DNA of 62,977 nucleotides, counting the filler, from Rhabdomonas costata (taxonomy: Eukaryota), in the NCBI GenBank assembly GCA_019059605.1. It is 29 parts of 29 records of this genome, joined end to end, with 100 filler letters (N's around TTAATTAATTAA, not from the genome) between each part and the next. Parts side by side here need not be neighbours in the genome. Positions count along the whole stretch, not along the records: positions 1 to 2,085 come from JAHMHO010005773.1; positions 2,186 to 4,270 come from JAHMHO010005774.1; positions 4,371 to 6,455 come from JAHMHO010005775.1; positions 6,556 to 8,639 come from JAHMHO010005776.1; positions 8,740 to 10,824 come from JAHMHO010005777.1; positions 10,925 to 13,009 come from JAHMHO010005778.1; 23 more parts are not named here. One strand, given 5' to 3'. Positions 1-12,746 of this stretch are shown piece by piece; within the stretch, counting starts at the first letter, position 1, and every line of letters starts with the position of its first letter. The notes beneath the pieces were generated by a model. It did no database searches, was not told the DNA's origin, and saw only the letters and a program-made list of their open reading frames with translations. The translations under genes were made by a program, and so were the position numbers.

Positions 1-1048
1 GTTGGTTTGGCTGTGTTAATCTGCGGCGCAGGCCGCCTCCAGGGCCTCCTCGGCACTCCACGGGGCCTGCGCCGCAGATTAACACAGCCAAATGCACAAG
101 CATTCCCACACGTCACGCGTCACGCGTCGACTGCATTGTCAGACAAGAGAGTTCTTTGTGGGGAGAAGCAGGGAAGCAGGTTGAATGCATCTGCAGTGGG
201 GAGCAATGGGACAAGAAATGGAATAAACAGGACGACTGGAAAGAATGTCGGGACGAACGTGCGCCAGATCAGGGGGCACGAAAGGAACTACTGAAGGGGC
301 AAAGGCACCACTACACGTGGGAACCTAAGCTTTTTTTTTCACCATAGTTAAACAGCTCATTCGGGACCGACAGCAAATTCTGTCAAACTCCGATTGGTTG
401 GTGGAGCTCGGTGACATTTGCTGTCGGACCGCCGATGGCAAATGCCACCGTCGCGACTCTGGGTCGGTTCACAGCATTTTGGTAGAGAAGGGGGAGGGGG
501 GGGAACTGGTTCGGTCCGCAGCTTCCTGTCCTAAACTCTAATAATGTCGCGACAGGAAATTCGCGCAGCCTGGATGGAGAGAGAGAGAGAGAGCTGGCGG
601 CACCGTGGCATCGGCAGAAGCTGCAGAAGCAGTCACGGCAGCGCCAGACTCGGGGTTTGGAGGAAGACGAGCCGCGCCCTCAGCCTGCGAGACACACCCA
701 GATGACGCTAGATGTGGAGTTTTGGCAGATCCCTACGAGAGAGAGAGAGAGAGACTCGCGTACGAAACGAAAAACATGGAAACCACCAAAAGGAACCCGA
801 TTTCATACATCCAACTATTTCGCAACACACAAAAGCTGGCCTACGATGAAGAAGGTCAAACTGGTTGGAACATCAATCATTGCCAAACACTGGGTGAGAC
901 AGCCTCACTTGATTAACCCTGCTTTAGTATGAAAAAAGACCGAAAAAGCAGAATGAAGGTGTGTGTTGGGCGCATTGCGCGCTGGCTGTTGCCTGGTTGA
1001 CTGGTTGACTGGTTGGTGGTGACCACTGGGGACTGACTGGCGAATGAA

Positions 1049-1074
1049 GGTGTGTGTGTGTGTGTGTGTGTGTG
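1049..1074. repeat. (GT)n microsatellite; other simple repeats: (GA)n ~577-592 and ~737-753, (GCAC)n/(CA)n ~2020-2082, (TTC)n ~39027-39062, (TAGT)n ~43118-43145
   Basis: Tandem repeats read directly from the sequence. Confidence 0.95.
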
Positions 1075-2021
1075 TTTGTGCACATCGCGCTTGCCACCCA
1101 ATCCTCTCCCTTCTGTGCGGTTTTCCCACTGGAGTTTATTCTCGAAGAGCACTACACCGACACATGGACGACGACTGGGAAACCGCAAAGGAGAACTTCC
1201 GGCTGTTGAACCCAACCCAGGATTTTCTCTCGGTTTTTGCCACCCTCTGTTCTTTGCTGCTCTGCCTCCCCCCAGTTTGCCAGTTTCGTTTCACTCCAAG
1301 AGCTATTCTGGGGCCCTCGAAAGGCGAAGGAGCACACCACTTTGAGTATCTTGTCATCGCGTCTGTAGGTATGCCCCAATAATTACGCTGTGGTGTACTG
1401 TGTTGTGTTGAGGCTGGGGGGGTCCTTGCCTTTGGCGTGCTTTGGTCCAAGTTTATTTGCAAAAGGATCCTGGAAGATATCGACGTCAGGCTAGAAATAC
1501 AAATAATTCCATCAAGAATAATTCCGCCGGCAGGCCCGGAAACTCAAGAACTTTGGCCTCGGCCCTTTTGTGCGCCTTGAATTTTCGCCTTTGTTTTGTC
1601 ATTGGGTAGAGACATTGGCGGTTGGGGGTTTAGGGAAGTTGATTTGGTAGAGGTTACCAAATATTTTGAGTTGTTGTTTGACTTTTCTTTCGGCTTCGTT
1701 CTCACCCTCACCAAAGTCAACGCTCTTCTTCCGATTTTTTCGCTCTCACTCGCAGAGCCTCCATGGGATGCCAGTGCAGCCATGAACCCCTTCGCTCGAC
1801 AGCGCCACAGCCCTCCTCTCTCTCCGTGCACCTCTCAGCGGTGTCAAGTCGCCCCCTAGCTGCCCCCAACACGCACACGCACACTCACACGCAGACGCAC
1901 ACACACCGTGGCGTGTACTCGCTTCAATTTCTGCACACCTGTTGGTTTTTGTGGCAACGCTGTTGTTCGTGCTGGACGACTCGACGGTCATTGGGGTGAG
2001 TGTGCGCCGTGCCCATCCACA

Positions 2022-2061
<40 letters not shown>

Positions 2062-2657
2062 CACGCACACACACACACACACCACNNNNNNNNNNNNNNN
2101 NNNNNNNNNNNNNNNNNNNNNNNNNNNNNTTAATTAATTAANNNNNNNNNNNNNNNNNNNNNNNNNNNNNNNNNNNNNNNNNNNNGGTGTGTGTTTGTGT
2201 AAAACTACCTTTAATTTAACATCTACACGGACAATACCTCAACTGGGGCAGTTCTGGGAACTGCCCCCCAAACTTATGCTGACCTACTCGTCCAGCCATA
2301 TCTCAACCATTGGTGAGTCCTTAGCCAGCAGTGGTTTCCCCTGTTGGGCATCTAGAAGCATTGACAAAGGTTACCTTACCCCTTACACAAATTGAAGTCA
2401 TTTCGAGAGTGCTGCCACAAATCATAACTCACAAAGTTGCGCAGCAAATCAGGCGTTTTCGGCTTTGAAGCAAAAGGTCGGTGGTGAAAAAGCTGTACAT
2501 TGGTTGAGCTTGTTTCTCGAACTCGTCTGATCTTCGACTCTTCCCTCTGATTTTTAAGGTGACACGAGCCATGTTTGCGAGATGATTTCTCACTGCCTCC
2601 TCAGAAACTCATACGCACACCTTTGTCTCACCCTTGTTTCTTCTCTCTTTCCCTCAG

Positions 2658-4245
2658 TCGCTGCACCGGCACTCTGACCTCGTGAGCTGTGTAGCTGTGG
2701 GGGAGCCCCCGCTGGGCGTCTCCGCTCCCATCGTGGTGGCCTCAGGAGGCCGTGACATGAGTGTAGTGCTGTGGGAGGCCGCGGGGCGGCCCCTCTCTGG
2801 GGCCTCTCCGCGCAGCTCCACCTCCGCCGGGCTGACGTTCACTTACCGCTGCACGTTATTGGGCCATGACGGGGAGGTGCCGTGGCGTGGAGTGGCATGA
2901 CTTTACATGGCTATAAACCGTTCGTCTTGAAGTATTGTTTTACCTGTCTCCTTGCAAGATCTGCTCCGGTTCCCGCCAAACCAAGACAGGGATGCGTTTC
3001 TGTGTGGTTGGTGTTGGGTTCGTGTGCATACACAAGTGTGGTTGGGGTTGTTGGTGGTCAAATGGTTAAAGTATTGTTGGCGTCGGGGGGGGTACCGTTT
3101 CTTGAATAAACGTTTCCAGTTTTTGCATTCAAGTTTGCGGCCTTCCACGTTTCTTGCTGACCAAAAAACGCCTGCCTTCGTGTTGCTGTGTCTCTTGCGT
3201 ACTGTGTGGACTTCTGTTTGAACCCGTTTCGAGTTGGAAGGGATGCGCTTCCTGGGTGCCGTGGTGGTGGATGTTTCAGGTGCGGTGTCTTGCCGTATGC
3301 GTGGGCTCGGACGTGGTGGCCAGCGGATCCACCGACGGCACAGTGATGCTGCACAGCCTGGAGGGCGCATACGAGCGCACGCTGCGGGCTCCTCAACGGG
3401 GACCCGTGGACCTGCTGGCGATTCTTCCGCTCACCGGCAGCGTGTTGTTTCACTCCAAGGCAGAGCAGGCGCTGCATCTGTTCTCCCTCAATGGTGTGCT
3501 GGAGTGCTTTTTCATATGCTGTGATTTCTGCGGAGTCCTGCAGGTGTCAATTCGCTGAGAGCGCTGGTGCTGATTGTGCGTTATCTGACGAAGGGGTGAC
3601 GTCGTTTCTCTTGGGTGCCTCGTGTGTGTGGTGTGGTCTGTCTTCATCGCAATCGCAAGCCTGCTGTGCTTTTACGCAGGTTGGGAATTATGTTTTCCCC
3701 ATGCTTTTGCGCGAAGACTAGAGTGGTATGTGCATGTGATTTTGAGACGTTACCTGATTATCTTTGTGACATCTACAGAAAATAAACCACATTGTTTCAT
3801 GAATGATTGAATTACACGAGAACATCAAAAACGTTTGATATTTGGATAGTTGCTTGTGTCGCAGACTGACAGAATTCCACTCGCACCAGAGCGCAACTTT
3901 CCCGGCTCAAGCGCACTGCAGTGCTTTCCCTCACTCCCCCAGCAATGTATACTCTTCAGTGACCAGCTCGAGTACAATTTCACTTCTCATTGGAACAATT
4001 GGCATCAACATCGCACTTGTGACCGAGCTGCACAAAGTGAGCCGGGTCCGGGTCCGGGTGCGCGAGACTGGATGCATATTCTTCCGTTTGGCAGGCGTGC
4101 ACCTGCGGAGCTGACCTCCCCTACCGGGCCCACGTGCTGCACCTCACGCCGGACTGCCGGTTTGCTATTTTTGGAGGTTGCTTGGGTCGCTCCGAGACGT
4201 CCGCGGCCCGCGGGGCGGAGCCTCCCGGGGCCAGCGGCTTCATCG
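2658..4245 (+). CDS. BEACH-domain (neurobeachin/NBEAL-like) protein, C-terminal WD40 repeats, partial; exons 2658-2876, 3280-3493, 4095-~4245
   Basis: Spliced peptide SLHRHSDLVSCVAV..VASGGRDMSVVLWE..LLGHDGE|VRCLAVCVGSDVVASGSTDGTVMLHSLEGAYERTLR..LHLFSLN|GVHLRS matches the WD40 tail typical of BEACH proteins. GT-AG junctions are in phase. Exon 3 has an apparent frameshift. Confidence 0.8.
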
Positions 4246-4370
4246 GAGCGACCCAAGCAACCACCAAACCNNNNNNNNNNNNNNNNNNNNNNNNNNNNNN
4301 NNNNNNNNNNNNNNTTAATTAATTAANNNNNNNNNNNNNNNNNNNNNNNNNNNNNNNNNNNNNNNNNNNN

Positions 4371-6450
4371 CCCGCGGAGAGCGTGGTGGGGGTCAGTGAC
4401 GTGGGGTTCCGCCGCACCAACCTGGCGCTGCAGAGCACCATCCGGATGTTCCAGAATGGCACCTCCGCGGGCGAGTTCGGGTGTTCTTCACCGGCCGCTC
4501 TTTCCGTCCTTCCTTTCTGTCCTTTTAAGTTTAAGTCTAAGTCTAAGTGGGTACAGCACACAGAGCGCTGGCTGCGCCCTGAATGCCTGGGGCTTGATTG
4601 GCAGTTGGGGACCGCTGCAGAGTACACACACAGGCCACTGTTAAAGGACTAGCCAGCGACAATAATGATGTCAACCACCCAGACCCACCCCACACAGACC
4701 CACACAGAAGCCAGCGCAGTACTCCATGGAGATTGTTTTTCGGCCAAACGCCTGTCCTCGCTCGAGTGTTTGAGTTCGGCAGTTGCACAGCCATAAAATT
4801 GCAGGCAACATTCCATATCGGTGATGTTCCCTCTTCCTCTGCTTCACTATCTGTGATCGCTCTCACATCCTCTCCGACGTAGCCACAGGTAGGCGATGTT
4901 CTCCGTGGGTATCCTTGGGAACCGTTGCCACGATTCTTGTAAAGCAGGCTACACCGTTAACTGAGAGTGAGAGTTTTTGACCACGGCATATCACAGGATG
5001 CCGCGAAGGACCACCGGCGTAAAAATAGGCTGAAAAACCTTCTTTCCGAAATGTCGCAAACTTAATTATTAGTTTTGGGGTGTTGCTTTGCCTTATAAAA
5101 CAAAAGACTTGTCGCCACACCCGCTCATTTGTTTTGTGAGGTGTTCTTTTTTGTGCAGTCTTCGCTACGCAAACCCCAACCTCTTTGCGGTGGCCACCGC
5201 CATCCCCGCGGGTGTGGCGGATGGGAAGGTGCCTCGCCTCCGCCCTCCACCGCCACCTCACACCGTTTGCTGCTTTCATACTCTCGTCTATCTTTTTATT
5301 GTGGCATCTTCCTTGCATTGAGGTGGTGGCTGTGGGCGCCAGGTGCGCAGCTCTTTTCGTGGTGCTTCGATCTTGCTTCTGCATCACATCGCGGGTTCGC
5401 ACTATCTTCCCACCGGCCTTACGTAATGCCATATCGCCTTCGTTTGCGGTTTCCTTGCTGTTTGGTGGGTCCCTTCCCTGTGCGGGGTAGGACAGTGCTA
5501 GAACCAGAGCCACTGCCACAAGTATAAAAAAAGGTGTGTTGTGGAGAGGAAGTGCATGGTCTTTAACACACACATACTTACACACGCATTTTGGGTGGTG
5601 ATTCCACAGGTCAAGGCCACCCCGGCCAGCGTCCGGGTATACCTCATTGACGGCGTCACAGGAGCTGTGGTGTATCAGATGACCCATCCCAATGCACAGC
5701 CCCCGGTTCAGCTCCTGCTGGTCGAGGTGTTCGCCCCTCCGCACTTTTCTCTCCCCAATTCAGCTCGTGAGGAGAGGGCATTCCCAGGAAATAAAGAGGA
5801 GCAGCAATACTGCTGAAGTTTCATGTCTGTGTAAGCCGAAGCTTGATGCGGGTGTCCACAAGTGCGAGCAATGGAAGAGCTGAAAGTTCTAGTCACTGAC
5901 TGGGGTTTGGGGTTGCGCTTGTTTCGTTGCGTTGTTTTCATCGTTGCGTTCTCACCGTTTACGTGTTTTTTTGTGGATGTTGTGTACGTGTTGTTAATGG
6001 ATGTCTCAGTTCTTCTCCAGTACTAGCTAGTCGGGATCAGGGGTGCTGTAAAGTAGTCTTCGAATTTGGAGCCCATTTTTGTACCTCGCCGTTTAACAAC
6101 GGCAAACCGCTTATACCCCCCGCCCCCCACTCCAAAAATGCATCAGATGAATCTCTCTGTGTATGTGTCAATTGAGGATGAGCCCCATCCGCTTCCCGTT
6201 TGCCAACCCACAGAACTTCCTGGTGTACCACTTCCTTAACGCCAAGGCCCAGACTTTCCAGCTGGGGCTGTGGGAGCTCTTCCACGACGACCCCGCCACC
6301 ACCTCCACCACAGCTCCAGAGGCCGTGGTGCGCTCGGTGTTGTTGTCCGGGCGCGGCCCCGCGCCGCGGTCGGGGTTCACCACCCCTGCCCCGCTGCTGA
6401 CGCCGCAGAGCCTGCCCTTCCCCACCGCGCTCAGCTGCCTCTCCACCACA
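4371..6450 (+). CDS. EMC1: ER membrane protein complex subunit 1, C-terminal part; exons 4371-4480, 5159-5228, 5610-5726, 6214-~6450
   Basis: Spliced LRYANPNLFAVAT..VYLIDGVTGAVVYQMTH..PPVQLLLVE|NFLVYHFLN..LWELF..QSLPFP matches the EMC1 C-terminal motifs (KYLNPN, LIDxVTG, ENWxVY, QSYxFP). Three in-phase GT-AG introns. Confidence 0.88.
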
Positions 6451-6559
6451 CACCCNNNNNNNNNNNNNNNNNNNNNNNNNNNNNNNNNNNNNNNNNNNNT
6501 TAATTAATTAANNNNNNNNNNNNNNNNNNNNNNNNNNNNNNNNNNNNNNNNNNNNGGGT

Positions 6560-7264
6560 TTTTGCTGCTGCTGGTGGAATTCTGGAGGGCTCTCAGCTGA
6601 AGGACTTCCTGTTGTTGGCGTATTTTTGGGTGCACGACTGCGGTGGCGTGCGTTCTGCTGAGATGTTGGGACACTCTTATGCGACTGTGGCAGCTTGGTC
6701 TGCTAGGTTCAGGCAGTGTGTGCTGAACCAGCAAGATGCAGTGCACATTCTTGGAGTCGGGATAAGGAGGTGGAGGCTGATGAGACGGAGATAGGGAGGA
6801 AGCAGAAGGGGATTCACGGTCATGAAAAGGATGTTCTCGCAGATGTTCGTGGTGTTTTTGAACGTGATTCGGGTTTTCTGTGGCTGGATGTATTCGATAA
6901 ATTGCAGTCGGGGTCGGATGAGCGTAGGTTTGCCCCCCCCCTACTGCTGCCTGAGGCTGCCGTTTTGTTCGACCATATCAGGACTGGCTTGATCCTGTCT
7001 GCAGACAGTGCTCGGGCCTACATTCGACCCGCTCTGGAGCATGGGTTAGTCCTTCGCTGTGTTGATCATGGAAAGGGCGAGTATACCCGGAGAGAGGTTG
7101 TGCGAGGCAAGCTGCGTTTTGTCAGTACCCAGGGTATCGATGGAGCATGGGGGCGCTTGAAGATTTGGTTTGCTGCGAAGGGAAGTGTTGCTTCTGACAC
7201 ATTGCTGGATATGTTAAAGAGTTTCAGTGGAGGTCCAATATGTCTTCCTCGGACCTGTTTGTGA
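6560..7264 (+). mobile_element. Merlin / IS1595-family DDE transposase, frameshifted near 6770, 5' end cut by contig edge
   Basis: HTH-like AEMLGHSYATVAAW, then VEADETEIGRKQKG, VRGVFERDSG, IRTGLILSADSARAY, VDHGKGEY and STQGIDGAWGRLK, in the order of the IS1595/Merlin motifs. No introns. Confidence 0.82.
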
Positions 7265-7740
7265 AACTGTGCGAGCACATTCGGGACGGATATTTTCAGT
7301 GATTGTGCCTTCTAAAAATAATACAATGCTTTTCAGAGCATATTTGAAAGCTTACCCCAGGGTTGGTCAGGTGATCGCGTCCCTCGCGTAGTAACACAAA
7401 TAAGGTCATAATTCCAGACATTACCACACATCCCTGCGCATAACATAATCCCTCTCGCAGCACAAAGGTGAACAGGAACACAGAGTGAATGTCCTCATGG
7501 GACGAGCACATTGATGAGAAGTCCCGTCATCATCCGACCACCCACTTTCCTATCACAACCTATTAAGCTATTCAGCTTTTCAGCATAAAAACGTTCAAAA
7601 ACAAAGAGATATATCCCGCACACAGGAGAGAAGAATGGGACGACATCCACAAAGCTTCGGTTGCCAGTCACTAGCAAGATGATCGAACAACCGAACGCAG
7701 AACCCCAACAAAGACGAAAAAGAGAGAGGCCCCCAGATAC

Positions 7741-8421
7741 GTCCATCAGAGATGTGCACTGCTGGTAGTCTTCCGCGGACGCTGCGCGGGAAAGTCCGGT
7801 CAGTGCGTTTTCTGAGCGGTAGAAGAGTAAAAAACCGAATGAAAATCGTCGCCCCACGAATGAAACACGCGAGAAGCAAATCCTTACAGCAAAACATGAG
7901 AGAAGACAGTGAGATAAAGACGGAGCTCAACACGTCTATTTATGCACACCTAGCATCTGAATCCAGCGTAAACATTTTATGCTCAGCGTGAGGTTCTGCT
8001 TTGCTGTGTCCAGGGCCCGGATTTCGGCGCAGATGTCGACCACCTTGCCACCCCCCCCCCAAGGCGACACGATCTACCAGCTGGAGATGCCCGCATCATT
8101 ACGCCACGCAAAGCAAGGAAATAAGGAAACTAAACCCAACCAACCCAAACGGAAAGTTCCACAAAGAAAGCACACCATGGACTCGGCCTCGTCCGCCTTC
8201 TGCTTAATTTCCTTCACCTTGGAGCATAGGCTCTGCAACACATGGGCAAAAACGCAGACCTCCGCTACAACCCCACTCTCCCCATTCACCACGCTGCTCC
8301 GGTGCAAAGCTGGCGGGGAGCTTTCCCACGCGCGGCACACACCCGCACACCTCCATGGAAGTGCGGGTTGCTGTTAAGCCCTGCTCAGCGCGCGCACCCA
8401 TCGTGGCCTGGACCTCCACAG
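7741..8421 (-). CDS. VPS53: GARP complex subunit Vps53, N-terminal part; exons 8421-8351, 8232-8176, 8043-7950, 7811-7741
   Basis: Spliced VEVQATMGARAEQGLTATRTSME|SLCSKVKEIKQKADEAESM|VVDICAEIRALDTAKQNLTLSIKCLRWIQML|ENALTGLSRAASAEDYQQCTSLMD is colinear with the Vps53 N-terminus (IKxKAxxSExMVxEIxxDIKxLDxAKxNLTxSI). Confidence 0.88.
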
Positions 8422-9119
8422 CTGGGAGAATGTGCTGGTCAACCTATCAATGTGTCACCGGCAAAACCAAGTGACACATCATATCACAGAACACCCACCC
8501 ACCATGGCAGATTTCTCACTCGAGGGAGCTGAGACTATTACCAAAAAGGATTCTTTCTGATGGCTCCATCAAGTCCCCACTAAAAAGAAGGCAGGTACCG
8601 CAAGCCTTGAGAGATGAGATATATCAGACAAACACCCCCNNNNNNNNNNNNNNNNNNNNNNNNNNNNNNNNNNNNNNNNNNNNTTAATTAATTAANNNNN
8701 NNNNNNNNNNNNNNNNNNNNNNNNNNNNNNNNNNNNNNNTTTTTTGGGAAGATTGAAAAAGAAGAGGGCTTCTTGTGGAACTTGGTGTGGATCCCTTTTT
8801 TGGGTAGACCTTAACAGGCAACGATCAGCATACCTGCAGGCGTCTCAGCCGCGTTCCCAGTGTTCCCCACAGCGTTCCCAGTTGGGGTCTACCCAAAAAA
8901 GGGATCCACACCAAGTTCCACAAGAAGCCCTCTTCTTTTTCAATCTTCTCAGAAAGCCTCATACACGCAACTAAAGTCCAAGTGCTTGTCTACGTCCCCG
9001 TTTGATGTTCCAATCCTTTTGCGCACAAATTAGTTCTCTTTCTTTCATGTCATTGGTCTTCGCGGGGAAGCTGCGGTGTCGCGTCCCATTTTTTTCCATG
9101 GGAGGAGAATTCAGGGGAG

Positions 9120-10800
9120 CTTTGCTATATTCTGCCAACTTCTTCTCCCGTGATTCACGTTGCACTAGCCTCGGAAGTGGACAGCTCAGTCCCCCTCCCC
9201 CACGACTGATCTCCATTTCTGAAGCGCAGAAGCGCCATTCCGTTTCCTATGAAAGCCATATCTTGCAAGGAATCTTGGAAAATCCCATTTCGGTCCATCA
9301 AGGTCCCATTTATCACAAGTTGCCCACACCCTAGTCGGCAACTGGCGGAGGTCTCGAGTGATGCGATGTGAGAGCAGGGGAAAGGTAGGGAGACCTGCTG
9401 CGGCCCCGCGGGCCACCCCTCCACGACGGAGGGCTGCTCGAGCCCAAACCCCAAAGCCGCAGCCACAGGGGCCCTACCAACCCCTCCTGCACCGGAAAAC
9501 ATTTTTGGTTTATTTCTTAACACATCGGCCAAATTCGGAAAGGCGGAAGAGGAAAGGAGAGAAGCAGGTCAAGCCGTTTCAGAGAGCTGAGCGATGACAG
9601 ATACTAAGGAACCGAGGGTGCATGCGAAGATTAGTAACTCTGGGAGAGTGCTCCCTTAGCATTGTGGGGGGGGTAGAGCACACAGTAACTGAAAGCCCGC
9701 GTTCCCGCCAAAGAACACAAAACAACTTAAAAGAAATAATCGCACACCACAGTGCCACCAAAAGTCATGGTGACCTCAACCGATGCCGAAGTGAATTTAT
9801 ATCCTTCTTGCGTTTTGCGCGGTATTCTTTTTTTCTGGTTGCTCCTTCGTCTCACTCAGACACCGCACTCGAGGCGAAGTAAACGTATTCCACGTTTTCC
9901 GAAACCACAAAACCCAAGACCCAAGACCCAAGGACCGCATGGGAGGCCTGCCATATACAAAAAGACCTCTGGTCTGTTTCAGCTTCGCTCTTTGTTCTCT
10001 GTTGTGCTTTCCCTGGACTTTTATACAATAGAAAACTAAAAATAAAAAGGACCCTAAAATGGTAAATAGTTCTGGGTCAAATTTGACTTTTTTGGGGGGG
10101 CCTCCTGAAGACTTAACAAACGAGCCAGGCAAAATCATGATGCAAGAAGGAATTTCATGGGGAGGACTTCAAAAGAGCCCTCGGCCAAAAGAGGGCCACA
10201 AAGTTTCGGAATGTTACTGTGGGGAGGATCTTTGTAAATTGAGTATTGTCTATACCGCTTCAAACGCAACCCGCCCCCGCCGCAAACGAGACAAAAGCTC
10301 ATCCATCATTTCCTGTGCACTGGCTTGCTCACAGCGCACAGGAGTGAGCCCTCTCAACCCAGGTCCTCGTGCTGGCAGCAGCACGGTAGCACAGCGGACG
10401 CGCACCAAAAAACAAATCAAGGCGAGAGGCACCATTGCAACTCCAGACATAGACAGAGAGAAAGCAATCACTCCAGATAGCCTCAGCACCCTCCATGCAC
10501 GACATTGTGAGTATGTGTGTGTGGAACAATGAGACGAGTACAGGTCTGGTATTGGTCGTCGGTGAAAACGCAGCGTGTGTGTAGGCCCACCGGTTGACGG
10601 GCGGACGCTCTAAGAAACCAGAAACCAAACACACCGGACACCCCATGGCAATTCCACGGTGCACGTGCAGGACTGACCCCCGACCTCACGGCACACTTGC
10701 TCATCCAAAAATGCGTCTCAGGATCGGACGGCAAGCAAGAGGTCATCACCAGGCCCTGCGGAGTTTCTCCGAAAATCGCAATGTCATGTTCTTTCACGCA
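9120..10800 (-). CDS. Probable short exons of an unidentified gene
   Basis: Protein-like stretches (EHDIAIFGETPQGLVMTSCLPSDPETHFWM; CEQASAQEMMDELLSRLRRG; LPRLVQRESREKKLAEYSKA). No family recognised and boundaries uncertain. Confidence 0.3.
10092..10235 (+). repeat. Dispersed repeat family B; second copy at ~30666-30838
   Basis: Colinear shared blocks CCTCCTG(A/G)AG, AGAAGGAATTTCA(T/G)GGGGAGGACT, ACT(G/A)TGG(G/A)GAGGATC and TAAATTGAGT(A/T)TTGTC. Confidence 0.75.
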
Positions 10801-11369
10801 CACCAACGCAAACCAGAACCACCCNNNNNNNNNNNNNNNNNNNNNNNNNNNNNNNNNNNNNNNNNNNNTTAATTAATTAANNNNNNNNNNNNNNNNNNNN
10901 NNNNNNNNNNNNNNNNNNNNNNNNGTTGGGTGGTATTCACTGTTGATCGCAGACAGCTGTTTTCACGGGGCTGCTTAAGGCGAGTGAGTGTCAGGTGAGT
11001 GGATGGGGAAAGTGGACATGTGCTGAATACAAAAAGTGCGGCGAGTTTTCTAAGATACTACGGCACTGAATGGAAAGGGCAGGGCCCTTCTTCATGTTCG
11101 AGTACACTTCAGCACAGTTCCCCTTTAATTTCCTGTGTTCCCATGAAGTTCATTCATTGGCCTCGTGTTGATCGCGCAAAGGGGTCACCTCTTAAGTCCT
11201 TCCAGGCTACCCCATTCGTCCGACCGGATCAGCCTGATAAAAAGGCAGTTTTACCAGCGATGAGGACTTAAGGGTCTTCAGGAAACGTGGCGGAAGTGGA
11301 AGAAGCCTGGAGCGATGAGGGACTTCGTAATACGTCCCCACGCGCATCCCCCACTCCCAGGAGGCAGAC

Positions 11370-12746
11370 CTTCCAGGCGCTGATGAAGTACACCGCGGAG
11401 ATGAAGGCGGCGCCGGGGACGTACATCTTCAGGATGTTGAAGACGTCGTGGAGGTGGGGCAGGCCGTAGTTCAGCACCCCGAAGAAGACCACCCCCAGGA
11501 ACAGGGGCACCGCGAACCACAGGCTCTGCGGCAGGCTGGGGCACGCCCACAGCGAGAACAGCAGCCACGGGGTGTACGCGATCACCCCCAGCGTGCCCTT
11601 CTGCATCACCAGCACAATCTGTGGACAAGGGCGGGGGTAGCAACTGGAACAAAGGAGACCTAAAGTCGTTGCCTTCACAAAAACGACCAGACGAACCTCC
11701 GAATTGTTTTCTTTATTCCCCGAAAAGATCACGGCTGCAGCGAACACAATGTTCAAAGTCAGAGAGAAGATCAAAGAGGGAAAATGTGAACAAGAGTGGA
11801 GAACCTGCACCTGAGTGCACCTGCGGTGAGCTTTTGTAATTTTGAGAAAAACTGGTCCAGATATTAACGGGGAAGGAGCTGTAATTGAGTATATACATTT
11901 CTTAGCATTTGAAAAAGAAAGGCGGGTCCTGGTGAGATGCGCCAACGGGACGATGCACCGATGCCACAAAGCCCAGTGCTCTGCGTTCCGAGAAAGGGAT
12001 GCAGGGCACAAAAGTGGGATACCGTGCTGAACCACATCTCCTCGTCGGACCACGGCCCCAGCAGTACCTCGCTCATGTACCAGCTCTGCCAGGACTTCGT
12101 GCGCTGGTTCGCCACCCAGCCTTGGAGAGTCCGCGTGGTGACGTCGGGGCGGGTCCCAGAGTAGGCCTCCCCGCTCGACGCCTTCCGCCCCACATCCTTC
12201 CGCTTGTGCTCCTCGAAGAGCATGAACGCGATGTCCCGGGTCTCTGGCAGCGGCGTCGATAGCCACTCCTGGAAGCACCGACGAAGGCAGTTGCTATCAC
12301 CCCTCCCCGTCATTCAAACCAATGAGCGGTTGTCAGTGGTACCCGGTTTTCGGACAGGAAAAGGTTGCCCACGACAACGCGGTTCTTCACTCTTCAAATG
12401 AAGCATAACATACGGCACGGGGGATGCACGAGATGGCACCATAGTCACCACAACGGTTCACACGAGAGTATCGAAACACAAACACATGCACGCAGACACC
12501 AGCATCTCGTGGATGTCCTGGATGAGGTGCTCCATGGTGGGGTAGGGGTTGAAGATGATCGGCGCGCCGATCCAACACGTCACCACGAGGAACATGAACA
12601 GGCACCGCAGCAGCACCTCGGCGTACGTCAGCTCGCTGTACGTGATGAACAGCACCACCCAGGTCAGCAGGTTGATCGAGGGATGGATGTGCGAGCTGGC
12701 GTAGGCCACATAAATCTCCACAAAGGTCAGCCGGTCCAGTCCAAAC
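11370..12746 (-). CDS. Beta-1,3-glucan synthase (GT48; callose/FKS/GSL type), C-terminal membrane region, partial; exons 12746-12500, 12268-12023, 11618-11370
   Basis: FVEIYVAYASSHIHP..CWIGAPIIFNP..IQDIHEML|EWL..SWQSWYMSE corresponds to the GT48 motifs FxExYxxYxRSH, WLxAPFxFNP, DxxxWxxW and SWxxWWxxE. Hydrophobic helices follow. Strong GC3 bias. Confidence 0.8.

Noticed and set aside
7480..7535. Possible fifth VPS53 exon with a TGA-associated frameshift (MTGLLINVLVP*/EDIHSV)
   Set aside because: No in-phase acceptor and no convincing homology, so it cannot be used as a second frameshift example.
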